IMG/VR virus record: IMGVR_UViG_3300031643_000106
Coordinates: 5,868-69,867 of that record
DNA length: 64,000 nt
Reading direction: 5' to 3' (one strand)
Origin: a virus
Shown: positions 40,426-50,781 of the stretch, piece after piece
Position numbering within the stretch: position 1 is the stretch's first letter
Layout of the letters: each line of letters begins with the position of its first letter
Made by a program: the position numbers and the translations under genes
Notes under the pieces: generated by a model
Databases searched by the model: none
What the model was told of the DNA's origin: nothing
The model's input: only the letters and a program-made list of their open reading frames with translations

Positions 40426-41046
40426 CTACGATTTTACGCCAGCCCTACCTTCTGCATCGTGTTTGAGAATTATATCCGCCGCAGTAGACAGGTTAGCCGA
40501 AATAATCAGCGGTTTGCCAGTGTAATCATGTATAGGTCTATCGCCTACATAGATTAAATTGGTGATGTCTGTGCGTTCTCCCGCTTGAATGTCAGTCAAC
40601 GAGTCTCCTATCATCCAGCACAAACTACGATCTAGCTGATAACCCATGATTTTTTTCCATAGCATACCGGGCGCAGGCTTGCGACATCCACAATTTATGT
40701 CAGGATGATGTGGACAGAACTGATAGTCCTGTATCTTTATCTTCTGTTGCTCCAACAGATATACCATAAAACCAAAGGTCACTTCCATCTCGGTCAACGT
40801 ACAGAATCCACGCCCTATACACGATTGGTTGCTGACTATAATCAATTTGTAATCTGTTGACTGTAGTTTGTATAACCCCTCGATAGCCTCTGGCAAAAGC
40901 ACCACGTCTTTAGGGTGCATGGTATATGCTTCTGGCACATCAGCCTCCAGTGCTACACTACCATCCTTAATAGCTGGAGGCAGGTCTAAAATTACGCCGT
41001 TCATATCCAGAAAAATAGCTTTACCTAACTCAAACTTTAGTTTCAT
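40426..41046 (-). CDS. gmhB: GmhB-like heptose-1,7-bisphosphate phosphatase (HAD IIIA)
   Basis: AIFLDMNGVI, SNQS, Zn site CPHHP...CGCRKP.PGM and MIGD..TD..AG. Confidence 0.85.
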   Translation of the reverse strand: MKLKFELGKAIFLDMNGVILDLPPAIKDGSVALEADVPEAYTMHPKDVVLLPEAIEGLYKLQSTDYKLIIVSNQSCIGRGFCTLTEMEVTFGFMVYLLEQQKIKIQDYQFCPHHPDINCGCRKPAPGMLWKKIMGYQLDRSLCWMIGDSLTDIQAGERTDITNLIYVGDRPIHDYTGKPLIISANLSTAADIILKHDAEGRAGVKS

Positions 41047-41236
41047 ACGTCACCTCCTATGTTTGTACTCTTGTATCAGATTGGCTATACTATACGGCAT
41101 TGTGGGTTGCTCCTCTACATGCTGATTTGGCAATGATTCTTTGTATCGCAGCCACCGTGCTACCATTTTAGTAGGATAGCTCATGTGTTTCATGCGGTGA
41201 TTGTCTCGCCACCTTTGGATTAGCTTCAACCACAAT

Positions 41237-41614
41237 TTAGCCATGCGTCACCTCCTGTGTTGCATATTTCTTTAGCCTTCGTGTTACAAAATAATTGGTG
41301 ATTAGACCTCCTGCAAGAAACAAAATAGCAAGCATTCCAAATACCCCAACAGATTTCATTTCGCCAATAAAATAACACACTATACTCCCGATCAAAAGTG
41401 GCAACCCTATCATGAATAAGACCATGCTTAAATCAAGATCATTTTTGGCTAGTACCATTTTCCCTAACGGAACATGAAAAGTTCTGATACGCCACAGAGG
41501 GATACGGGATAAAATCCAACAAATAGACAGGTATATCCCGCATATCACTAGGATACAGATAATGCCACCAATTACTTTTATTATAATCAACGCACCGCTC
41601 AATATATCATCCAT
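41237..41614 (-). CDS. Membrane protein with about three TM helices
   Basis: Three long hydrophobic segments; SD GGAGGTGG. Confidence 0.6.
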   Translation of the reverse strand: MDDILSGALIIIKVIGGIICILVICGIYLSICWILSRIPLWRIRTFHVPLGKMVLAKNDLDLSMVLFMIGLPLLIGSIVCYFIGEMKSVGVFGMLAILFLAGGLITNYFVTRRLKKYATQEVTHG

Positions 41615-42163
41615 CTTCCACCTCCTAAGTCCACATAGTAACCTCGTATTGGTTAGATACGTCTTGTATTTTGCAGAGTCCTTTGTCGAATTCAGAGACG
41701 CCTTCCATTATCTGCCATATCGTGCCATCGTGCTTGACATATAAGTCAAGTATATCTGCCTCTTGCGGTGTCAAGTCACGTCGATACTTGTAGCTAAAGA
41801 ACGAAGCATTCTTATATGGCTCCATCTTAACCTCCTATGTGTCCAAATGGGTGCGTACCGCCACCTATGTTCTCGAACAAATACAATATGCGCCCATCAT
41901 TAAAGATAAGATTACAAATATATTCAAGGGAATCATCCCCTTGTATGATTTCCCCCATTTGCGCCGTTATAAATTTCCGCATACCAGTGTGTTTATATGG
42001 CAAACTCTGATATACTACACCAGTTATGTAAATATCATCACCCGCAACTCTAGCAGAAGTTATCTCTACTCCGCCGCAAGGCATTTCCAACTCAAAGGCT
42101 TTTGCGAGTGGACAGCTAAATTCCTCAATGTGCCTACCTCGCTCTCCCCAAATTCTCATCTTA

Positions 42164-42455
42164 ACCCCCATTTCTACTGGTAAGCCCACCTAAATTTTCT
42201 TTTTTATTTTTTTCAGCTACCGTTTTTGTATCTCCACTATTATCATGGGTGGGTCTTTGAGTCGTCCAACAATACGTAATACCAAAATGCCAAAAGAAAA
42301 CTCCGATAACGTGGGCATCTTTCCCGCTACCTAGATAGCCATAATTACGATATATCTTAAAATCCCTCATAAACACCGATGATATGCGATGACGCATAAA
42401 CAATATAATCACCCCCATTTCTACTGGTAAGCCCACCCTCATATCTACGGGTAAG
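42164..42455. repeat. 27-bp perfect direct repeat plus a degenerate third copy
   Basis: acccccatttctactggtaagcccacc at 42164-42190 and 42411-42437; catatctacgggtaag at 42440-42455. Confidence 0.85.
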
Positions 42456-42479
42456 GTTCGGTCATAGTGTCCAATATGG

Positions 42480-43046
42480 TCACGTACAATTATCATGCAA
42501 AAATGAATGACAACGCCCACATAATAATACAACATCACTAAATATATTCTCTTCCCCGTACCTGTCGTAGTGTACATGGTGCAATTCCAAACATTTGTCA
42601 CATCCACATACATAGCATCTGGGATCATCGTCTAATAGCATGTGCTTTAATACCACTTGGTGTTTTCTTTCTTTATTGTTTAGCTTCCTTGCAGGTCTTG
42701 GGGCGGTGGGGATTAGCATTTTAATAAGCCTTAGTTGTCCATGTGTTAATGATCCTATCTTCGGACAACTTACATCAACGGCAAGCTTCATCATGGACTT
42801 ATCACCGCTTGTGTTCCAAACAAAATCCGCACTACGCAACTCTCGTATCGCACGAATCGTGCTAGAGTGTGGCAAACATGAGATTGATTCCATTTGGTCA
42901 TGTGAAATAGTAAAGGTATCGTCATGGCTTGGGTTCTCCCGATGATATACCCATAGTGAAATCAACAGAACTTTTGCTATGTTGGTAAGTTTGTTATATT
43001 TATTTGAGTTAAGTATTTGACATGGGATACAAATATTCTCTTCCAT
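42480..43046 (-). CDS. Winged-HTH paralog D fused to an HNH endonuclease domain
   Basis: ICIPCQILNSNKYNKLTNIAK...AIRELRSADFV, then CYVC..LELHHVHY...LLCGRCH..LH. Confidence 0.75.
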   Translation of the reverse strand: MEENICIPCQILNSNKYNKLTNIAKVLLISLWVYHRENPSHDDTFTISHDQMESISCLPHSSTIRAIRELRSADFVWNTSGDKSMMKLAVDVSCPKIGSLTHGQLRLIKMLIPTAPRPARKLNNKERKHQVVLKHMLLDDDPRCYVCGCDKCLELHHVHYDRYGEENIFSDVVLLCGRCHSFLHDNCT

Positions 43047-43050
43047 TTCT

Positions 43051-43121
43051 TCACCTCTGGTGTTGTAAGGTGGTGATGGTCGCGAACACCATGACTACGG
43101 GAATAGCCAACACGACCACCA
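43051..43121 (-). ncRNA. Pseudoknot leader, copy D
   Basis: On the - strand: P1 TGGTGGTCGTG/CGCGACCATCA; hairpin TGGCTA-TTCCCG-TAGTCA; TGGTGTT pairs with AACACCA directly before the SD GAGGTGA. Confidence 0.7.
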
Positions 43122-43203
43122 CAATAGTTTTAGTGATGCAGACAGGTCATGACTCCGTGTCTACACTACAATTATACTACACTACCAGAGGTAAAGTAAA
43201 GCA

Positions 43204-43338
43204 TTATATCTTGCGTCCACGACCTGTCTTGCTGGTAGTCTTGCAACCACCACGTCCACGATTCAATCGCTTGCCTCCCCCTGAATCGTCGTGCTTGGGT
43301 ACACCTTTCTTGGTTTTCTTAGTCTTTCTTCTGGTCAT
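43204..43338 (-). CDS. Small basic Gly/Lys/Arg-rich protein
   Basis: Translated by hand: MTRRKTKKTKKGVPKHDDSGGGKRLNRGRGGC...; SD GGAGGG. Confidence 0.45.
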   Translation of the reverse strand: MTRRKTKKTKKGVPKHDDSGGGKRLNRGRGGCKTTSKTGRGRKI

Positions 43339-43588
43339 TGCTATCCCTCCTACGTTGGTTATGACGTACATCATTCGTGGGGTACGTTATCCATCCTCTC
43401 CTTTTAACTGAGCCAGAGCTTTGACTGAAAACTCCACCTCCGTAAACACCTTTATTCGCCAATCTCCATGCCGGATAGCTAATTCGCTTACTTGTTCCTC
43501 TATTTCTTTCTCAGACGAAGACTCCAGTTCGAGCCTCCACTCCTTTGCTCCGATACGGTCACCGACATTTCTCATCACGAAATACATT

Positions 43589-44191
43589 TTATAAGCCATC
43601 CCGCCCCTCCTCTCTCAGTATTATCTCCACTGCCTCAAGAAATCCAGACACTTCGTAATCTGCGCTCGTCTTTGGTCTGCGATCCCACGAATGTTTCTTA
43701 GCTATCTCAGGATCGCCATTCACCGCTATGTGAAACTCCGTCTCAGGATACCACAGGTGGATTGTCTTGCACCCCGTAGCTGCGCCTGCCTCGATGTCTG
43801 TCGGCAGATCGCCAATCATCCAGTATTCAACCTCGTCTACCGCCAGCATGTTCTGTATATTTTGTTGCCACTTAATCAACTCGGTCTTTCCAATTACGGC
43901 ATCGCCAAAGACAACGCCAATATCTACCATGCTACTGAGAGCGGCATCAACCCTGTATAGAATTGCGTCATGAATAGCAACAAGCTCCTCTTTGGTTATC
44001 ACCCCCTTTGGTACACAGTTCTGCGTGGTTACACAGAATACAGGAACAGCCGCATCTCTAAGCCGCTTCAATCCCTCAAGTACGCCGGTAAAAAACTGCA
44101 CCTGATTTGGTGCAGTAATGTACCAATAGCCCTGATAACCAGTGCGTATCAAGGTGTCGTCTCTGTCTACGAATACAACCTTCTGCTTCAC
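43589..44191 (-). CDS. Second GmhB-like HAD IIIA phosphatase (no Zn motif)
   Basis: VFVDRDDTLI, TTQ and MIGDLPTDIEAG..GC.TI; GTG start after AGGAGGTG. Confidence 0.75.
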   Translation of the reverse strand: MKQKVVFVDRDDTLIRTGYQGYWYITAPNQVQFFTGVLEGLKRLRDAAVPVFCVTTQNCVPKGVITKEELVAIHDAILYRVDAALSSMVDIGVVFGDAVIGKTELIKWQQNIQNMLAVDEVEYWMIGDLPTDIEAGAATGCKTIHLWYPETEFHIAVNGDPEIAKKHSWDRRPKTSADYEVSGFLEAVEIILREEGRDGL

Positions 44192-44476
44192 GTCACACCT
44201 CCTTTCATGGCAACAAACACAATGCAATGTGGACTTTCCCTACGCCGATATGTAATACAGCATAGTGGAGTCTTATCTCGAAGAAAGACTCTCCGTATCC
44301 TATCGCCATAGCCAATCTCCAAAAGATAACTTCCATTGCATTTGTGCCACGATAAGGCGCATATAATCGCCGTAGGCTAATCATCTTATCCCTCCTCTCA
44401 TTCCTACATAGCGGTGCGGATTCTTATAATCCTTGCCACCGCTTTATTTTGAAAATCCCATCTCACACCTCCCTGC

Positions 44477-44752
44477 TTACCAGCTATTATAAAACCGAAT
44501 TGTTTTGACATGCTTGGGTATTGCCTTTACATCTATTTCATACCCCTCGGATTCAATACCTCCCCATTCTCGGCAATGTTCCTCTAAGTCAATAACCACA
44601 CCAGAGGCATCCGGCTCTTCACCATCGAAGAACGCGTCTACCTCGTCTGGTATTTCTAGGTTTGCCGCTACACAAGTATCGTATACCGCCTTCATCTTTT
44701 TCCATTCTTCATCTGGCGGCACTATCCCTCTTACAAATGTTGACATTGACAT
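44477..44752 (-). CDS. Hypothetical phage protein
   Basis: Compact acidic ORF coupled to the upstream kinase gene. Confidence 0.6.
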   Translation of the reverse strand: MSMSTFVRGIVPPDEEWKKMKAVYDTCVAANLEIPDEVDAFFDGEEPDASGVVIDLEEHCREWGGIESEGYEIDVKAIPKHVKTIRFYNSW

Positions 44753-45670
44753 CTACATCACCTCCCCGCACAGTTCGTCCACCGTGCAATGCGCTATGCC
44801 TTCCTTCTGCACTACTATTGCGCCTGCTTTGTTCGCTAGTTCTGCTGCTGACCGCACATCTTCGGTACGCAAATATTCCATTGTGAAAACGGATAATACC
44901 GTATCTCCTGCGCCAGGCGTTTCCACAGCTTTTACATTGTGTCCATCTAAGGAATAGACCTGCCCTGCTGAATAAACATCAAGCCCGGATGAACCATGAG
45001 TTATTATTCTAGCCTTGCTTGAACGTAGAACATCTTTTAGCACCCCACCCCTAGAGTTAAATTCTTCCCCATTACATTGAAAGACCGTACAGCCAAAGAA
45101 ATGACTGACATCCTTCGCTTTGGAATTGACAAACGTAGGCACATCAAACTCATTGCACACCTTTATTATCGCTTCCGCCTGATGTGGCTGTAATACGCCC
45201 TTGTTGTAGTCAGACAGGACAACAGCGTCATATTTGCGAACATCATCCATAAAACAACCAAGCAGTTCTTCGTCCGCTGACTGAGATGTTGACGTGCTTT
45301 CGCAATCTACCCTTACAATGTGACACCCATTCCCAATTATTCTTAATTTGTGTGGTGTATTGTACCTCCCGTCTTGGTGATAATGGCCGACTATGCCTTT
45401 GTTATGACATTCTACCATTATATCTTTTGCGGCTTTGTCATATCCGCCTACGGTATGAAACCACACATGCGCCCCAAGTCTGCGTAACTGCACAGCAACA
45501 TTCCCTGCGCCACCAAGATTGATAACCTTCTCAGGATTCTCTACCACTGGAACAGGTGCTTCGGGGTTAATCCGTGTCACGCTACCACGCCACCACTCGT
45601 CTTGTATGAAGTCACCAACAACAGCTATCTTCAGCTTGCTATACGCCTCCCGTAGTACATCAGCTTTCAT
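44753..45670 (-). CDS. hldA: Heptose-7-phosphate kinase (HldE/RfaE domain I, HldA-type, PfkB family)
   Basis: VVGDFIQD..W.GSVTRINPEAPVPV, GGAGNVA, LSDYNKGVL and GAGDTV. Confidence 0.9.
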   Translation of the reverse strand: MKADVLREAYSKLKIAVVGDFIQDEWWRGSVTRINPEAPVPVVENPEKVINLGGAGNVAVQLRRLGAHVWFHTVGGYDKAAKDIMVECHNKGIVGHYHQDGRYNTPHKLRIIGNGCHIVRVDCESTSTSQSADEELLGCFMDDVRKYDAVVLSDYNKGVLQPHQAEAIIKVCNEFDVPTFVNSKAKDVSHFFGCTVFQCNGEEFNSRGGVLKDVLRSSKARIITHGSSGLDVYSAGQVYSLDGHNVKAVETPGAGDTVLSVFTMEYLRTEDVRSAAELANKAGAIVVQKEGIAHCTVDELCGEVM

Positions 45671-46526
45671 ATTATCCTCCTAAAATGGGATGTCACTTTC
45701 ACCTTCCGGCTTATCATCCCATGTAACCGGACAGGTAAAGCTACGGCAGTTGAATAGCTCTGCCGCTATGGTAGTGATGGCATTGCAAACAATACTAGCA
45801 TCAATCTTATCTTGTCTCATCTTGCACGTATTAACGTATTCCCAAAAACAATTGTCTGCATCCACCAAACACAACTTCATCATCTCTACATCCTTCATTT
45901 CTCTACCTCCCCTGTGCATACCAGTTCGCCACGCTTGCAGGTGCGTGTGACTTTCACTGAACGAAATTTTCTCGACCTGATTATTTCCAGTTCCAGTTTT
46001 TGTAACTCATATATCTTTTCCGCATCAGACATTTTCTCTATTGCTAATTTCGCATCGTTTCTCTCATCTTCTTCCGTCTGTCCTCTCATTATTCTTCCTC
46101 CTCCCTGTTGCAGCTATTCCTATCACCACCAACACCAGACCAGCCTGCCATGATAATAGCAGGTTAATTATGTGGTTCATGCTCACGCTCCTATAGTAAT
46201 ACTAACATCCACGCGGACTTACAGAGCGGGCATTTGCCCTCCCATATATCGTTCACGTCCGATGTTAGCTCCATCAGATGTCCACAAGAACACCTGAACT
46301 CCATTGTATCCTTTTCAACAGCTACCGCCATCTTCGTCACGCTCCTTTTGTTCACTTTCTACCAAGATTAGCTTCCATTTATTGCCACAATAATCACATA
46401 CACCTGCCCATGTATTTTCATCATTAGCTGGTTCAAGTTCTGCACCGTTAAGACAGGTACAATCAATACAAATCTTATTATCCTCTAGCCACTCTATGTC
46501 ATCGAGTCCCTCTTTCCACGTCAGCC

Positions 46527-47063
46527 TCATCTTACCACCTCCTTCGTTAAGCTAAACTCTGGTTGTTCCTGCTCGCCGCGTATCACATGCCCAAACGCTT
46601 TCCATGATAGCTTCCGCGCCATCGTCTCAAAATTCTTTGTGCGGTTTTTCTCAGTCCGTGATTTTTGCCTGCGTTTAGCATTACGACGCACACGACCACG
46701 CTCGTCTATAATACCTACCCATTTGGGAAGCATGGATGTGTCAACGCAGTCTGAGACGATGTAATACAGGAAATCATAATCATAACTAATCTTAAATTTC
46801 CAGAGCTTGGAACCAATAACCAGACCATCTTCCATTACATAAGGCTTAACACCGCGCCAACCTCGCGGCTTGAAGTCGGAACGCAAATCAGAAGTAGTAT
46901 CTTTAGCTTCAACGATATAAACACCGCCGTCTGCCTTCATTCCTACTGCATCAGGTATACCGCAGAAATGCCATTGAACCTCTGTGGCAAATACGACACA
47001 GCCTGTTTTTTGCACCCACCGCAAGGCTACTTGCTTTAGTAGCTTATGCTTGTGGTTCTCCAT
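46527..47063 (-). CDS. PD-(D/E)XK nuclease-like protein (MmcB-like)
   Basis: EV..IPDAVG...VYIVEAK.T.SDLRSD; YYIV; LPKWVGII. Confidence 0.6.
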   Translation of the reverse strand: MENHKHKLLKQVALRWVQKTGCVVFATEVQWHFCGIPDAVGMKADGGVYIVEAKDTTSDLRSDFKPRGWRGVKPYVMEDGLVIGSKLWKFKISYDYDFLYYIVSDCVDTSMLPKWVGIIDERGRVRRNAKRRQKSRTEKNRTKNFETMARKLSWKAFGHVIRGEQEQPEFSLTKEVVR

Positions 47064-47099
47064 TAAGCACCCCCTCTCTGTATAATTTCTGCTTTGATG

Positions 47100-47546
47100 T
47101 TATCTATCTTGCGTTGCCACTTTCTGTTGTAGCTGTAACGACCTGAGAAACTTTAGCCCCGTTAGGTATCGTGCATCAGTGCATCGCTTCTTTTGGTGGT
47201 GATCTTCAAGTCGCTCTACTAGCTTGTCGATTGTTATGCCCCCTTTCACCGCATGTTCGGCAAGCACAGATTTTACATGGGTGTTCCACTCTACCTTGCG
47301 TTGTTCCTCTATCTGCTCACGCTTGAACCCCCTTGCCTTCTGCCTGAACATCGAGCCTAAGTTCAATAGTTGCAACTTCTGTTTCTCCCGCTCCGCATTT
47401 TCCGCCAAGCACTGCTTCATTACCGCCAATGCCGCAGGATAGCCCTTGTTTTCCCCAAAAGTATAAATAGCATCTTCGTTAAATTTCTTGTGCTTGAAAG
47501 TTAATTGTGCTATTTCTTGCCTTGCTTTTCTCTCTGCATCGTTCAT
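47100..47546 (-). CDS. Hypothetical helical protein directly after the iteron-like array
   Basis: SD AAGGGG and ATG at 47546. Confidence 0.55.
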   Translation of the reverse strand: MNDAERKARQEIAQLTFKHKKFNEDAIYTFGENKGYPAALAVMKQCLAENAEREKQKLQLLNLGSMFRQKARGFKREQIEEQRKVEWNTHVKSVLAEHAVKGGITIDKLVERLEDHHQKKRCTDARYLTGLKFLRSLQLQQKVATQDR

Positions 47547-47561
47547 GTTTGCCCCCTTATT

Positions 47562-47698
47562 GTTACACTTTTGCACCTAATTATTGTTACACTTTTGCTA
47601 CCAATTGCATGAAATCACCATGAATTAGTTACACTTTTGCTACTAATTTCGGGTGCATTTTTGCTACTAATTATTCGATTCCTTGGTTACACTTTTGC
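47562..47698. repeat. Iteron-like array of GTTACACTTTTGC (candidate replication origin)
   Basis: Exact copies at 47562, 47586, 47628 and 47686; degenerate copy at 47652; AT-rich spacers. Confidence 0.8.
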
Positions 47699-48074
47699 TA
47701 CTCTTATTAATATTATTACCATAGGGGTGTCCTTCGCCAGTTAGCCATTCAAGGTTAGGTTTATATTTAGAAGGTATATGCTTGCCCCCTTTATCAATAA
47801 TTATAAACCCTGCGTTATCTAGTTGCTTGAGGCAAGCACTGATTCGCCTGTTATCATACCCCGTTATCTCTTTAATCTCTTCGTATGTAAACGGATAGTA
47901 GTCCTTTATTTTTCCGTTCATGCGCGTAAACTTGGTTAGCAAAACAACATACAACCATCTAGCATGTGTTGATAATTTGTTTAGCTCTGGAGATTGCGTA
48001 GTATAGTGCGGAATTGCAGTAAACGGGGCTTGTAGCTTCTCATAGTAATCGACCCTGCTTTTCCTCTTAGCCAT
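47667..48074 (-). CDS. Winged-HTH replication-initiator-like protein, paralog B
   Basis: FTAIPHYTTQSPELNKLSTHARWLY...FTYEEIKEITG....ISACLKQLDNAGFI; the gene ends inside the repeat array. Confidence 0.65.
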   Translation of the reverse strand: MAKRKSRVDYYEKLQAPFTAIPHYTTQSPELNKLSTHARWLYVVLLTKFTRMNGKIKDYYPFTYEEIKEITGYDNRRISACLKQLDNAGFIIIDKGGKHIPSKYKPNLEWLTGEGHPYGNNINKSSKSVTKESNN

Positions 48075-48864
48075 GACTACCACCGCCTAACGGTAGCTCT
48101 GGCTGTGTTAGCTCAATCTTGATACGCTCTTTCGATATGTCGCAATATTCCTCTGATATATCTATCCCTATATACCGGCGACCTGTTTTGATACTGGCAA
48201 CAGGCGTTGTTCCACTACCAACGAATGGGTCTAATACAATCTCGTCTGGGTATGAATATAATTTTATTATTCGCGCCGGAATTTGGATTGGGAAAGGGGC
48301 AACATGCCCAATAGCAGATGCCTTTTCAGGTGCTATAGACCATACGCTGTTTCGCCATGATTTGAACTCAAATGGTGTCAAGTAATATCCGCTGCGCTTC
48401 TCTCTTTTACCGTATTTTCTTAATACAATAATATACTCATGTTGATCAGCCAGTGCGGGATCAGATGGGTTACAATAACTGCCCCATGCCGTGCCAATCT
48501 GCCCGTAGCCTTTATGCCAGATTATTTCCCCAAGCGGTTCGCATTTCCCAACAGACCATTCATATATTTTAGCTACATTTGTTAGGTACGGTCGACGTTT
48601 TGTGTTTGCCATATTAATTATTAGCTTACACCCGGGCTTGAGGATTCTTAATGCCTCATTCCACACTTGCCATAGATATTCATGGGCTTTATGGAAATTC
48701 TGTGGATGCCAGAGTTCCTCCCAAAACCTAATTACACCGGGATAAGGTGGACTTGTAACAACCAAATCCACAGACTCATCTGGCATTTGCGGCATAACCT
48801 CAAGGTTATCACCACATATAATTTTATTCTCAAAATCTTCTGGAAATTTTAGGTCGGTATTCAT
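48067..48864 (-). CDS. Beta-class N4-C/N6-A DNA methyltransferase
   Basis: VDLVVTSPPY (motif IV) precedes VLDPFVGSGTT (motif I); H.APFP. Confidence 0.92.
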   Translation of the reverse strand: MNTDLKFPEDFENKIICGDNLEVMPQMPDESVDLVVTSPPYPGVIRFWEELWHPQNFHKAHEYLWQVWNEALRILKPGCKLIINMANTKRRPYLTNVAKIYEWSVGKCEPLGEIIWHKGYGQIGTAWGSYCNPSDPALADQHEYIIVLRKYGKREKRSGYYLTPFEFKSWRNSVWSIAPEKASAIGHVAPFPIQIPARIIKLYSYPDEIVLDPFVGSGTTPVASIKTGRRYIGIDISEEYCDISKERIKIELTQPELPLGGGSHG

Positions 48865-48869
48865 AATAA

Positions 48870-48930
48870 CCTCCGGTGAATGAGGTAGGGCGGCGTTTCA
48901 CCGAGCGATACGGGATCGCCACACCGCCCA
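48870..48930 (-). ncRNA. Pseudoknot leader, copy B
   Basis: On the - strand: P1 GGGCGGTGT/ACGCCGCCC; hairpin GCGAT-CCCGT-ATCGC; CGGTGAA pairs with TTCACCG next to the SD GGAGGT. Confidence 0.7.
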
Positions 48931-48979
48931 CCAAGTTTGTCTGCGTCGCGGTAAGCCAGTGTACGGCTGGCTTACTATC

Positions 48980-49007
48980 ATTATATCACAACCCCCTGTA
49001 AAGTCAA
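48980..49007 (-). promoter_or_regulatory. Sigma70-type promoter for the MTase/wHTH-B cassette
   Basis: TTGACT-16-TATAAT with TGn extension. Confidence 0.7.
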
Positions 49008-49704
49008 GGCTTTTGTGCTAGGCGATACCACGGTGAAAAATCTCCGAGTGTTCGGCTTTTTGCTATCTTTTTCTCTGCCAATCCACGTCGCACCAACGCA
49101 TCCAAAGTAGCATTGCTTTCGTTTAGTAACCACTGCATCTGCCATCCAATCTCTAGCTTCCCCAACGCTCTTTCCATTGCCGGTGATAGTTTCATTTATC
49201 TCCTTTACTTGAAATCTTCTTCCTTCCAACCGCTGTTTATCTCAATTATATCTTTCATGCGGGTAGTTGCGTTATCGGCTATGCGTTTATAATTCTTTAC
49301 CTCCATTTCCAAGACGCTTATTGCGTTTTCGTATAACGCAATTAACTTCGTTGAGTTATCATTAACTCTGCTTTCAAAGTAGTGCAGAACCAACAGCAGG
49401 ACTATTATAATAATCAACATCACTATTATACATATCAGTGTTGCTTCAAATGGGTTAAGCATGTCGCCTCCTTTGTGTGTATTACATCGCTACGTCCTCC
49501 AACAACGTAACAACAGTACGCCATGATCGCACATGGATACCCTACAAAGCACACGATCATAGCCGCTATACCATACAGGTGTTCATACCATGTCATATCA
49601 ACGCCTCCTTTCTTTGTGCTTGTCTTTCTCATACGATAGCCATATACTACCAAGAGAGAAGCACATAATAAACAATACGAATATGGTAGCCGCAACTGTT
49701 TTCA

Positions 49705-50781
49705 TTATTCCTCCTTGTCGCTGAGTTCTTTGGCTATGATAATCAGTTCGGTGGTGATAGACTCCGTAGCTCTGGACAGTACCATGATGCGCCTGATAAT
49801 CTCCGCATAGGTAGCCTTATGCCCTATTGCCTCCAGCATTAAGCCAACATCAGGGAAGCCATAGCCTGTCTCTAGCGTCTTCACACCTGCGTTGCTACCG
49901 TATGTCTTTAGTAGGTTGAAGAATCCGTTCTGCCCTACGCCTTTATTAGCACTACGCACCAACGCCGCTACGCCTGCCATGTTAGCACATGCCTGACTCG
50001 TACCCTCTGCTACGGTAAACCTGTGGCGCATCCAGAAGGTAACTGGCTGTGCGCTACCCGGTGCAACGGCGGTTATGTTTTCTCCGTAGTCAGACATGCC
50101 CCACCGTGCGCCAGTAGGGTTAGTACCACCTATTGCCAGTGCGCCACTGGATTCCGCAGGGTACATCATTGACGCCTTGCCACGATTGCCTGATGCCGCC
50201 AGTACAATACAGCCCTTGCTGATGGCGTATGCTATAGCGTCCACTACGGCTGTTGACTGGTATGAATAGCCAACACAGATAGTTATAACATCAGCCTTCA
50301 TGTCAGCGGCACGTTCTATGCCGTCTGCTAATCTCGATGCAGGGCAATTACCGTATCTATCTATGACAACAATAGGCATTAACATAGCATCAGGAGCAAC
50401 GCCTACCATGCCAAAGCCGTCGCACTCAGCAGCTATCGTGCCTGCTAAGTATGTTCCATGCCTGTATTTATCACGCGTAATGGCGTTGTTATCTACGAAA
50501 TTCCAGCCCGGCACAATCTTTGGGTGCTGACCTGACGTTATATCACGCGTCACTACGTCATACAAGCGGTCGTTGTAGGCATCGCTGTTGGCACTGGACA
50601 ATGGAACATTGCCAGACCAGCCTAAATCTTTATGAGAGCCGTCAACCCCACTATCTACTACAGCCACGACCACGCCTGCGCCCGTGGAATAACGCCAAGC
50701 GGCAGGTACGTTTAACAACTTTAGATTCCAACATGAACCGAACATCTCATCCGTAATCTTCGCCGCATCAGCCATTATCAT
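49705..50781 (-). CDS. Subtilisin-like S8 serine protease
   Basis: Catalytic triad motifs VAVVDSG, HGTYLAG and GTSQA; oxyanion AASGN. No signal peptide or prodomain visible. Confidence 0.9.
   Translation of the reverse strand: MIMADAAKITDEMFGSCWNLKLLNVPAAWRYSTGAGVVVAVVDSGVDGSHKDLGWSGNVPLSSANSDAYNDRLYDVVTRDITSGQHPKIVPGWNFVDNNAITRDKYRHGTYLAGTIAAECDGFGMVGVAPDAMLMPIVVIDRYGNCPASRLADGIERAADMKADVITICVGYSYQSTAVVDAIAYAISKGCIVLAASGNRGKASMMYPAESSGALAIGGTNPTGARWGMSDYGENITAVAPGSAQPVTFWMRHRFTVAEGTSQACANMAGVAALVRSANKGVGQNGFFNLLKTYGSNAGVKTLETGYGFPDVGLMLEAIGHKATYAEIIRRIMVLSRATESITTELIIIAKELSDKEE

Noticed and set aside
47562-47698. Possible mini-CRISPR array
   Set aside because: 13-bp repeats with irregular 11-29-bp gaps and no cas genes; iteron-like instead. 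The same reasoning applies to 21148-21281.
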